Position numbers and translations under genes: made by a program. A stretch of 64,000 nucleotides of DNA from a virus (taxonomy: Duplodnaviria; Caudoviricetes). Positions 38,765 through 47,000 of this stretch are shown one piece after another. The stretch lies in the IMG/VR virus record IMGVR_UViG_3300014019_000011, positions 1-64,000 of that record, one strand, 5' to 3'. Each line of letters opens with the position of its first letter. Position 1 is the first letter of the stretch. The notes under the pieces were generated by a model. That model worked only from the letters and a program-made list of their open reading frames with translations. It searched no databases and had not been told where the DNA came from.

Positions 38765-38807
38765 CGCGTACGCACGTACGCGCGCGCGTGCACACGCGCA
38801 CACACAT
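38765..38807. repeat. 43-nt perfect pyrimidine-purine alternating tract
   Basis: CGCGTACGCACGTACGCGCGCGCGTGCACACGCGCACACACAT. Confidence 0.9.
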
Positions 38808-38819
38808 TTAGAATTACCT

Positions 38820-39125
38820 CCGAATCCGCGATTCTTTTTTGAGGAAAGGGCTTATGTCGAGCGGATTTGTAAACAGTTTAAAAACCCATAAACCCCGGAT
38901 TTCATTCCCGTCAACAAACTTTGAAAACCCATAAACCCCGGATTTTCAGCTTAACACCCCATGTTTTGTATTCGGCGGTTATTATCTCTTAATATCCACC
39001 GTGCTTTCTGGTTGTGGAGATTTAAGAAACCCGCGTCATCTCTTGATTATTCATTAACACCCCTAGCTGTATTAGGTGTGTGGATGTTAATAATATCCTA
39101 TTGCTTCAAGTATTATGGATTTTAA
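38820..39125. promoter_or_regulatory. Putative plasmid-type replication origin
   Basis: AT-rich; 22-bp direct repeat at 38881 and 38924; TTAACACCCC at 38951 and 39054; three 2-mismatch DnaA-like boxes; directly upstream of rep. Confidence 0.7.
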
Positions 39126-39184
39126 ACTTGCATGAGGCTCCGCCGGCAGCAATTCTATTTGTAGAAACCAGATAGAGGGGCACC

Positions 39185-40783
39185 ATGCTTACGCAACCAA
39201 ATCCATTCCGGCCATCGACGAGAGGAGACCTTTCGGCAGCCCTCAAGAAGCGGAAATCGCTGTCGGTCATCGGACCGCAGTCACCGCGCCCGCCCGAGAT
39301 GCTTTCGGGCATTTCCGTCGTCAGAGGCGCTGAACATCTGACCTCGTCTGATCTGGCCCTGCATGATCTCCTCATTTCGAGGGCATACGAGAGCGACCCG
39401 ACCATGTCGGCGAGTTCCTACGAAATCCCGCTTGGTGAATGCCTGCGCTTCATGTGGTCCGATGCCCGGGAGGAGGATGTGACCGCGTCGATGCGGAGAA
39501 TGGAGCAGGTCAGGCTTTCGTTCGATGGCGAGGAAGGCCGCACGTTCAAGGAGGTGCCGATGTTGACCTCGTGGGCGGCCGTCAGGGGCGAAGACGTCGA
39601 CATGGGGTATCAGTTCCCCGATCCGATCCGCTACCTGCTGCGCAACATGCCGAGCTACGGATACATCGAACTGGCCGCCATTGGTCAGGGCCGCATGCGC
39701 TCCAAATATTCGCAGATGCTCTACAAGCGCCTGGCGCACGAGGTCAGCCTTCGTCGGTGGCAATCCGGTGCAGATAACAGCTTCACGCTGGAATTCACGC
39801 CTGCTGAACTCGCCGATCTCGTTGGCTTCTCCACGACCAACAAATCGCTGTTCTCGAAGCTTCAGGAAAGGGTGATCTCTCGATTCAACGCTGACTTCCT
39901 TGGCGTTCAGAAGTTCGATTTGAGGATTACCTACGACGGACGGCCGGAACCGGCGCGAGGTCAGGGTGTAAGCACCTCGCTGATACAGCTTCACGTCAAG
40001 GTGCATCCCGACACCCATCATTCGGTTCACTGCGACGACAGGCGGCTGAAGCCCAGCGCTGATCGTATCGGCAGGCCGGATATTGCCCGATACCGCTTGA
40101 ACTCCGTGTTCTGGCTACAGGTCGCGAAGAAGTTCAAGCTTCTGCATCTGACGCACGAATCAGCATACTGGGCATGGAGCGTGGCTCTCAACGAGGCCAT
40201 TGAGGGCGCGCCTTTGACTTCCGGTTACCAACGCCGATACCGCGGGGAAAACCTTCTTGGGGCCATCGACGCGAACGGTGTCGAGGCCGCCGCCTGGCGC
40301 TTCTTCGGCGAGGAACACGATCTAGGGGCGGACCTCTGCAACTCCACGCACGTTATGAAGCATCTCGGGGCAGCCGACAGAAACCGCCTGAAGAGGCTGT
40401 CCGCCAAGACGAAGGGAAAGGCCAAAGCAAAGCCTTCCGCCACCGTCATGTCTCCGGACGTGGTCGACCCGGTCGAACCGGTGATTGTTTCGGCGCGCCC
40501 GACATTCGAAACATGCACACACGTTGACATCGAGATCGACCACGCCGTCAGCGCTGCCGATCTCGACGACTATGTCCACGCTACCATCAGTCGGGAGACC
40601 TGGAACGGAAACCGAAAGGTCCGGCTCCGCGCATACTACCGGGTGCCCGGAACGACGGTCAGACAGCACTTCGGCTTCTGGATCAGTCCCGCCGACGAGA
40701 GTGAACTGCTCTCTGCCCTCAGGAGGCTCGACAAATGGATGACGGACACCCCCACCTACAGAATTGAAGACAAGGACGCGTGA
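39185..40783 (+). CDS. Replication initiator, Rep_3/RepB-like tandem wHTH with C-terminal extension
   Basis: DLALHDLLI, YQFPDPIR.LL, YGYIEL...MRSKYSQMLYKRL pattern typical of Rep_3 initiators. Confidence 0.75.
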   Translation: MLTQPNPFRPSTRGDLSAALKKRKSLSVIGPQSPRPPEMLSGISVVRGAEHLTSSDLALHDLLISRAYESDPTMSASSYEIPLGECLRFMWSDAREEDVTASMRRMEQVRLSFDGEEGRTFKEVPMLTSWAAVRGEDVDMGYQFPDPIRYLLRNMPSYGYIELAAIGQGRMRSKYSQMLYKRLAHEVSLRRWQSGADNSFTLEFTPAELADLVGFSTTNKSLFSKLQERVISRFNADFLGVQKFDLRITYDGRPEPARGQGVSTSLIQLHVKVHPDTHHSVHCDDRRLKPSADRIGRPDIARYRLNSVFWLQVAKKFKLLHLTHESAYWAWSVALNEAIEGAPLTSGYQRRYRGENLLGAIDANGVEAAAWRFFGEEHDLGADLCNSTHVMKHLGAADRNRLKRLSAKTKGKAKAKPSATVMSPDVVDPVEPVIVSARPTFETCTHVDIEIDHAVSAADLDDYVHATISRETWNGNRKVRLRAYYRVPGTTVRQHFGFWISPADESELLSALRRLDKWMTDTPTYRIEDKDA

Positions 40784-40784
40784 C

Positions 40785-41807
40785 ATGACGACGAGACTCC
40801 CAGCCGACCATTACCGCAGCCTGCACGAGAAGTCGCACGCCGCCATCCTCGTGACCGTAGAACAATCGCTATCGCGCGAGGACGGCCTCGCCGTCGTGGA
40901 GGCCGTCGAAGCCTATCTCGAGGCCACCGGCGATGTAGATGACATGCGTCCGCTCTGGATCAAATTCGAAGACTTCGAAACGGTTCGTGCGCATTCCCTG
41001 ATGCCCTTTTTCTCGCCTGCCGACAGGACGTTTCTAGGAGAGCTGATCAAGGCCATTCCTGCCGCCGACAAGTTCAATCTGGTAACAGAGTTCGATTTCG
41101 AGGCGCGTCAGTACCCCAAGCGCAAGGCAGCCGTTCCGGAGGTCGCCAAGATGCCGACAAGGAGGTCTGCATCCACAGGTGAGGAATACCTGAACGAATG
41201 GCCGCTGAAGCTGCGTTTTCTCGCTACCGAAGAGGCCAGGCGCGAGGCGCACAAGCTCGGAAGCATCTACGAGCGCTGGCCTTTTGTAAACTTCACCGCC
41301 GCCGACCTGAAGGAGACTTCCGACCGACGGGTGCGGGATTTCGAGGAGCTATATCCCTTGCTCGCGCGGGCGGACCGCCTGATGTCCAACAAGATTACCC
41401 GGGTGATTTCGGCCCTCGGCAGGCATCCGCATGCACCTGTGTGGGAGCGCAAGCGGTTCTGGGGGACCGTAAAACTCGGAGGGGTCATGCAATGGGAGAC
41501 CTTTGCGGACGATCTCCTCGCCGAAATCGAGGCAGGACGGACTGACCGGTTCCGCCTGCTTGATCGCCATGAAGAAGAACCGGAGACCGCTGCGGAGAAG
41601 ATCATCCTGCGTGATGTCGCCAGAACCGGTGGCAAGGCTAACCGCGCCCGCCCGCTTTGTCCGCCGTCGGTGCCAGATCAACTTTGGAACCGTGTTCCCG
41701 ATGACCGGAAGCAGGAGGCCATCGAATACGCGGCCCGAAAGCTGATCCGCGGCATTCACCCGGAAGACGCTTTCGAGGAATTCGTGTCTTCGATCGCACT
41801 CCGTTAA
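40785..41807 (+). CDS. Hypothetical protein co-transcribed with rep
   Basis: ATG 2 nt after the rep stop. Confidence 0.7.
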   Translation: MTTRLPADHYRSLHEKSHAAILVTVEQSLSREDGLAVVEAVEAYLEATGDVDDMRPLWIKFEDFETVRAHSLMPFFSPADRTFLGELIKAIPAADKFNLVTEFDFEARQYPKRKAAVPEVAKMPTRRSASTGEEYLNEWPLKLRFLATEEARREAHKLGSIYERWPFVNFTAADLKETSDRRVRDFEELYPLLARADRLMSNKITRVISALGRHPHAPVWERKRFWGTVKLGGVMQWETFADDLLAEIEAGRTDRFRLLDRHEEEPETAAEKIILRDVARTGGKANRARPLCPPSVPDQLWNRVPDDRKQEAIEYAARKLIRGIHPEDAFEEFVSSIALR

Positions 41808-41981
41808 CCGGAACAACGAAATCCCGCTTGCCGCGTTGACGTCTTCGATCTTACGCGGCATGGTTGCGCCGAAACGGAGATACGCCGAGATGACGAAGAC
41901 CCTGCGAATAGCCGCCTGAACACGAGGATCGCCACCAACCGGTTGGCGAGAAGTTCAGTGCCGTTTGCAGGAGTAGCCGTC

Positions 41982-43976
41982 ATGGCCAGCAAGTCCAAGC
42001 TCAAGTTCGAGCGCGAAATCACCCGTCTTCACGTCGAGAAGTTTTTCGAAGGCCTCGGTCCCGAACCGAAGGGCGTTCACCTCGTCATCATCCCGAACAA
42101 CGGATCGCTGACTCACTGGTATCGCGTCGCCGAGGAATATGTCCGCGATGTCAAGAATAGCCTCGGCGACGGCATGAAGACGGGGTCGAAGGGGACTGTA
42201 GAGGACCTGATTGTCGAAGACGCCGAATTTCGCTTCACCGCCGACAACGGTCCTTCGTCCTTTGCTGTCGATGTCCAGCTCCTTGGCGCGAGCGGCATTG
42301 ACGACCGCTACGAACTCGACACCTGTAGCGTTCTGCTCTCCGGAGAAGGGAACGAAAACCTCGAACATCCCTCGCTGGTGCTCGTCGACAGCCGCACGGT
42401 AGTAGAACTGGACCTCAATCTGATCGTTCAGGCTGCGGCTACCTGCGGCCGCCCCATTACCCGCGTTGAGGCGTGGCGACTGTCGCGCATGCCGCACCGT
42501 CGGCGCAACGTCGCATTCCATTCTCCGCGCCCGATCAGCAAGAGCCACGCACTCCAGGCTAAAGCCGCGACGCTCGAACGCGAGAAGCAGGAAGCCGAGC
42601 GTCTGGAGCGTGAAAAGGCCGAGACCACGAAGCGCCGTCCGGCTGACGTGCGCACGGTTCCGCATGACGTGCCGTATCTCGAAGACATGCATGGCTATGG
42701 CCCCGCTGCCGAATGGGGGCATGAACTCGCCGCGGACATGGAGGACTGGCGCCGCGGCAACATTCGCTGGAACGATGTCGACAACGGTGTCCTTCTGAGC
42801 GGCCCTCCGGGTTGCGGCAAGACGACCTTCGCGAAGTCGCTCGCTCGCTCGCTTGACGCGCATTTCGTCGCTGGCAGCTACAGCTCATGGCTCGGGACCG
42901 GCGACGGCCATCAGGGCAATCTTCTGCTGGCAATGCGGGCGGCGTTCGCGGAGGCCATGAAGCATGCGCCGAGCGTCCTTTTGATCGATGAAATCGACAA
43001 CTTCGTTGCCCGTGGCTCAATCGGCAACGGACGCTCGGATGAGTGGAACCGCGGCGTGGTCAATGGCCTCTTGGAGTGCCTGGACGGCGCTGTCGAGCGC
43101 GAGGGCGTGGTCGTCGTAGGCGCGACCAATGATCCGTCGGGCATCGACACGGCGCTCCGCCGTCCGGGTCGCCTCGACCGCCACATCGAAATCCCGCTTC
43201 CCGATGCCAAGGCGCGTTCCGCGATCCTGCGTCAGCACCTCGACGCTAACATTGACGTGACTTGCCTCGACCGTGAGACGGAAGGCATGTCGGGTGCAGA
43301 CCTCGAACGTGTGGCTCGCGACGCACGCCGCCGCGCACGCCGTGAGCGTGTCGATGTCGGTATCCACCATGTCCGCGCTTCGCTTCCGGTTCGCCAGAGC
43401 CGAACGCCCGCATATCGCCGTCATATCGCCGTCCACGAAATCGGCCACGCGGTCGTCGCTGTCGCAACCGGCAGCCGTGTGCGCGAGGTTTTTGTGGAAC
43501 CCGACTTCGTCGCGGACCAGCCGAGCCACATCGCTGGCGCGGCGGTGGTCAGCATGCGCGAGGGTATCCAGGACTACCAGTGGCATATGGACCGCGTCGC
43601 GCACTGCCTCGGCGGTCTGGCCGCGGAGAAAATGATCTATGGCAGCCACAGCGACAGCGTCTCCGTCGATCTGGTCAATGCGACGAATGCCGCGCGCAAC
43701 GCCCTTGCGAGCTACGGCATGGGCGGCTCGCTGTACTCCCACGGTGTCGCGGGTATGACTGACCTCGCTCGTGCGCAGGATTTCGATCCGGGTCTGCGTC
43801 AAAGCATCGACGGCATCCTGCACGATCAGGCAGCGCGTGCGCGCGCCATTCTCGAGGAACACCGCGAGGCGGTTGCGGAACTCGTCGAGATGCTCCTGCA
43901 GCATCACCGCCTGGACGGTGCGGTCGTGCATGAAGTCGTCGCACGCCCGCGCCGTCAGTTGGCCCTTGCGATCTAA
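41982..43976 (+). CDS. Soluble FtsH-like AAA+ ATPase with M41 metalloprotease domain
   Basis: GPPGCGKT, LLIDEID, ATN...D.ALRRPGRLDR, HEIGH, GGLAAE, SVDLVNAT; no TM; AGGAG RBS. Confidence 0.9.
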   Translation: MASKSKLKFEREITRLHVEKFFEGLGPEPKGVHLVIIPNNGSLTHWYRVAEEYVRDVKNSLGDGMKTGSKGTVEDLIVEDAEFRFTADNGPSSFAVDVQLLGASGIDDRYELDTCSVLLSGEGNENLEHPSLVLVDSRTVVELDLNLIVQAAATCGRPITRVEAWRLSRMPHRRRNVAFHSPRPISKSHALQAKAATLEREKQEAERLEREKAETTKRRPADVRTVPHDVPYLEDMHGYGPAAEWGHELAADMEDWRRGNIRWNDVDNGVLLSGPPGCGKTTFAKSLARSLDAHFVAGSYSSWLGTGDGHQGNLLLAMRAAFAEAMKHAPSVLLIDEIDNFVARGSIGNGRSDEWNRGVVNGLLECLDGAVEREGVVVVGATNDPSGIDTALRRPGRLDRHIEIPLPDAKARSAILRQHLDANIDVTCLDRETEGMSGADLERVARDARRRARRERVDVGIHHVRASLPVRQSRTPAYRRHIAVHEIGHAVVAVATGSRVREVFVEPDFVADQPSHIAGAAVVSMREGIQDYQWHMDRVAHCLGGLAAEKMIYGSHSDSVSVDLVNATNAARNALASYGMGGSLYSHGVAGMTDLARAQDFDPGLRQSIDGILHDQAARARAILEEHREAVAELVEMLLQHHRLDGAVVHEVVARPRRQLALAI

Positions 43977-43987
43977 GGGAGGGTCAG

Positions 43988-44524
43988 ATGTTCGTGAAAA
44001 AGTTCTACGTCAGCGACACCCACTTCGGCCACGCTCTCATGCTGACGTCGGGAGACCGGCCGTTCCGCTCAACGGACGAGATGGACGAAGCAATGATCCA
44101 CCGCTGGAACACCGCTGTCGGCGATAATGACATTGTGTATCACCTCGGTGACTTCTCCATGGCTCTCGGCATCGAGGATCGCGTTCGCGGGATTTTCCAC
44201 CGGTTGCGCGGGCGCAAGTACCTGATCCTCGGAAACCACGACTACCGCAAGCCGAATGTCGTCCACCCGACGCTGGCGGGGCTGGAATGGGCCGCGCCGC
44301 CGACCCCGGCGCTGGAAACGACCGACGAGGGCCATCGCGTCTTTCTGAGCCACTACGCTCATCGTGTATGGCCGGGATCGCATAAAGGTTCGTTCCACTT
44401 TTTCGGTCATTCTCACGGTGCGCTACCACCTCTAGGTCGCAGTCGCGATGTGGGCGTGGATTGCCGTGACGTGGCCTTCAATCCGAAGACATTCGCGGAG
44501 CTGACGAAAGGGATGAGGAAATGA
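43988..44524 (+). CDS. Calcineurin-like metallophosphoesterase
   Basis: SDTHFGH, HLGDF, GNHD, SHY, FFGHSH. Confidence 0.9.
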   Translation: MFVKKFYVSDTHFGHALMLTSGDRPFRSTDEMDEAMIHRWNTAVGDNDIVYHLGDFSMALGIEDRVRGIFHRLRGRKYLILGNHDYRKPNVVHPTLAGLEWAAPPTPALETTDEGHRVFLSHYAHRVWPGSHKGSFHFFGHSHGALPPLGRSRDVGVDCRDVAFNPKTFAELTKGMRK

Positions 44525-44808
44525 CCGGCGAAGAACTGAACAACATCTACGGCAATATCATCATGCCGGATGCGACGGTCGCGGTGCCTGCTCAGTGGAT
44601 GCCTGCCGTCCACGAGGCCTTGCAGGCGCTGCATGACCTTCCGGGCAGCGTGCGTGCATTCCTCATCGTCACGGGTTTCGGCGAAGAGAACGGCCATCTG
44701 GTCGTCGAGATGGTCGCGTCGACGCAATACATTTCCGCCGACGGCATGGCCGCGATCGCATCGATCGTGGAGAGGGCGCAGGCCGCCGTCCTCGCGCGGA
44801 GGCACTGA
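44521..44808 (+). CDS. Hypothetical protein (possible truncated paralog of the next gene's N-domain)
   Basis: W.P.V..AL...V...GEE.G.L pattern. Confidence 0.6.
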   Translation: MTGEELNNIYGNIIMPDATVAVPAQWMPAVHEALQALHDLPGSVRAFLIVTGFGEENGHLVVEMVASTQYISADGMAAIASIVERAQAAVLARRH

Positions 44809-45419
44809 TGCGCTTGGAATACGATCTCGAAATCCGAGACCTGTCGTGCGGCATTGTTCGCGATGGCCTCGGGATGGATATCGGCGACGGTTGGCGTGAG
44901 ATTGCGGTTGATGCCATCGGTCGCCTGGCGGAGGTGTCGCACGGTCGCCTCCGGGTGGACAGGGTCGGCGAGAAGTGGGGTATGCTCAACATCCGACCTC
45001 TTGCTCGGGGTCTCGGCGACGATACGATCCGCGCGATCTTTGAGATCACGTCGACGGCCAGATCGCGGTCGTCCGATGTCTGCGAACTCTGCGGCCGTTT
45101 CGGCGAAATCCGCCGTGCCGGTTGGCACCGGGTTCGTTGCGACGATTGCGAGAACGAGCATGTTCGCCGTCGGCAGTTTGAGAGCGGAAATCACAAGGAT
45201 ATCGACGAGGCGGTCGGGTACTACGTCCGCGTATGCTTGGAACACGGACGATTGTTTCCGGTCGCCAACATCGTCATGCAGGCGTGGCCCGATGACACCG
45301 ACCGACGGTTCTTCCTCGACGAGGTCAACGATGTCGTCGGCTGGTGGCGTGCTGGCATGCAGCACCGCCATCTCGACGAAAACCTTCGCGAGGAGTTCCG
45401 AAGCCTCCGCTTTCGATAG
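44808..45419 (+). CDS. Conserved phage hypothetical with zinc ribbon
   Basis: GDGW...EKWG.L...CELCG...GW...CDDC. Confidence 0.7.
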   Translation: MRLEYDLEIRDLSCGIVRDGLGMDIGDGWREIAVDAIGRLAEVSHGRLRVDRVGEKWGMLNIRPLARGLGDDTIRAIFEITSTARSRSSDVCELCGRFGEIRRAGWHRVRCDDCENEHVRRRQFESGNHKDIDEAVGYYVRVCLEHGRLFPVANIVMQAWPDDTDRRFFLDEVNDVVGWWRAGMQHRHLDENLREEFRSLRFR

Positions 45420-45539
45420 CGGTCGTTACTGAATCTAAGAAATAGGAACAACCGACAGAAATCTCGCCGGCGAATTAGCGCCGGCGGAAAACCGAACACA
45501 TCATCGTTGTCAGAACCATAACAAAAGGGGGATGGCACG

Positions 45540-46085
45540 ATGGGAACGACAGCAACAAAGAGATGGACCGCCGACGAGGACATGACGATCCTGTCGATGT
45601 GGGAGGAAGGGGCCAACATCCTCGACATCGCCCGCTCGGTCGGCAAGAGCTATGGTGCCGTACAGACGCGCATCCACCGCAAGGGCTGCGGCAAGCAGGT
45701 CGGTTCCAACACGATCAAGCGCCAGCGCTGGACGGTCGAGGAGAACGACCAGATCGTCGCCATGCGCCGTCTGGGCAAGCCGTATCATGAGATCGCCAGC
45801 GCGCTAGGCCGGACGGAGGTCGCGCTCATGTCGCAGGCGATGCGCCTCGGCATCACGACCGATCCGAAGACGGCTCTGCCGACCAAGACCCTGCCCAGGG
45901 ACTCCAAGCCTTCCAAGGGCAATATCTCGCGATACGACCGCCAGGGGCGTGAGAACTCACGGCAGGCGGGCCAGAAGGCGATCAGACCATGCATCACGTG
46001 CAAGGAGCCCTTCATGTCGGAATGGATCGGCAACCGCATGTGCCAGCCTTGCAAGAACCGGACGGAGGAATACGGGGACGGTTGA
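45540..46085 (+). CDS. Regulator with two Myb/GcrA-like HTH domains and a C-terminal zinc finger
   Basis: RWT.DED/RWT.EEN repeats with IA..LGR...A; CITC...F.SEW.GNRMC..CK. Confidence 0.75.
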   Translation: MGTTATKRWTADEDMTILSMWEEGANILDIARSVGKSYGAVQTRIHRKGCGKQVGSNTIKRQRWTVEENDQIVAMRRLGKPYHEIASALGRTEVALMSQAMRLGITTDPKTALPTKTLPRDSKPSKGNISRYDRQGRENSRQAGQKAIRPCITCKEPFMSEWIGNRMCQPCKNRTEEYGDG

Positions 46086-46153
46086 AGCCGAATCCAGACC
46101 TCGAAATCGGGGTCTTGAATTCCCTGTGGATGGGCAGCAAACTTGAAACTAGC

Positions 46154-46193
46154 TGACCCCAGACTGACCCTGACCCGAAAAATAGCTGGGTCA
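46154..46193. repeat. TGACCC x3 plus one inverted copy near the att core (candidate integrase arm sites)
   Basis: 46154, 46165, 46171 direct; GGGTCA at 46188. Confidence 0.5.
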
Positions 46194-46248
46194 GGATGGC
46201 GATGGCACCGCCAAGGTGTTGATTTTGCTGATGTCTGTCTTGGGTTTT

Positions 46249-46296
46249 TGGTGAGCGCGCAGGGATTCGAACCCTGGACCTACTGATTAAAAGTCA
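46249..46296 (-). pseudogene. 3' half of tRNA-Lys(UUU): att core duplication
   Basis: Minus strand TGACTTTTAATCAGTAGGTCCAGGGTTCGAATCCCTGCGCGCTCACCA: anticodon loop, T-arm, CCA; no D-arm or 5' acceptor strand upstream. Confidence 0.88.
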
Positions 46297-46499
46297 TCAT
46301 TGGTTATCACGAAAACATAAGCTTACGTTATGTGTCTCGTGCGACTTTCTCTCATTGATGTTGATCCGCGCGATTTCTTGCCTCTGCGCTTGACTCGTCT
46401 CGACGCGAGAACATAATAAGAACGAAGAACGGCGAATGCGGCCGCCATCCTACAACGAAAACAGCTTGCCTGCTGTGGCCTTCACAGGAGAACGACGAC

Positions 46500-46682
46500 A
46501 TGCGCCCGCTCGAGAAACAACCCACCCTCCGCGAAGAAGCCGCCGAGATCCTGGCTCTCCATGACGGCAACGCGCTGGAAGCCCTGCGCACGCTGATCGC
46601 CGAGCGTGACGCGATCGAGGAACGCCTGGCAATAGCTACGCTCGTGATGGGCCGCGGCTTCACGCGCGGCTGGCGGCCATGA
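46500..46682 (+). CDS. Small helical hypothetical protein
   Basis: AGGAG RBS; 60 aa. Confidence 0.65.
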   Translation: MRPLEKQPTLREEAAEILALHDGNALEALRTLIAERDAIEERLAIATLVMGRGFTRGWRP

Positions 46683-46697
46683 GGCGTTCGGCACGTC

Positions 46698-47000
46698 ATG
46701 GCCTACCGCCACCTGCCGGATCTCACTCCAGGGACCGTGCTCGACTCTTCCATGCTGTCGGGAACGAATGTCTATGTGAACTCGCGGCAGCACTCCGTCA
46801 CGCTGCAGGACATCCCGGAATGGTATGGCATCGGCGCGCGCTGCTCGCGCTGCAAGCATGCATCCATGCTTGATCGCTGGGAACTGGCCTACCGCTACGG
46901 GAAGAAACGGGTCGTCATGACGCTCGAGCCCAAGCTCCGCTGCACGCGGTGCAACAACCGCGAAGCGAATGACTTCGTGCTGGCGAAGCTGCGCCGCTAG
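46698..47000 (+). CDS. Zinc-ribbon protein
   Basis: RCSRC...LRCTRC. Confidence 0.7.
   Translation: MAYRHLPDLTPGTVLDSSMLSGTNVYVNSRQHSVTLQDIPEWYGIGARCSRCKHASMLDRWELAYRYGKKRVVMTLEPKLRCTRCNNREANDFVLAKLRR

Larger units (their letters stand above)
1..46248. mobile_element. Siphovirus prophage with plasmid-type replicon (candidate phage-plasmid); left end outside window
   Basis: Full head-tail-lysis gene set on minus strand (993-25618), Rep_3-like gene and origin at 38820-40783, right boundary at the tRNA fragment. Confidence 0.8.

Noticed and set aside
46249-46296. Intact tRNA-Lys gene
   Set aside because: D-arm and 5' acceptor strand are missing; similarity stops at 46297
46500-47000. Toxin-antitoxin pair at the prophage end
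   Set aside because: Small helical and zinc-ribbon genes lack recognisable toxin motifs and are common at rhizobial prophage ends
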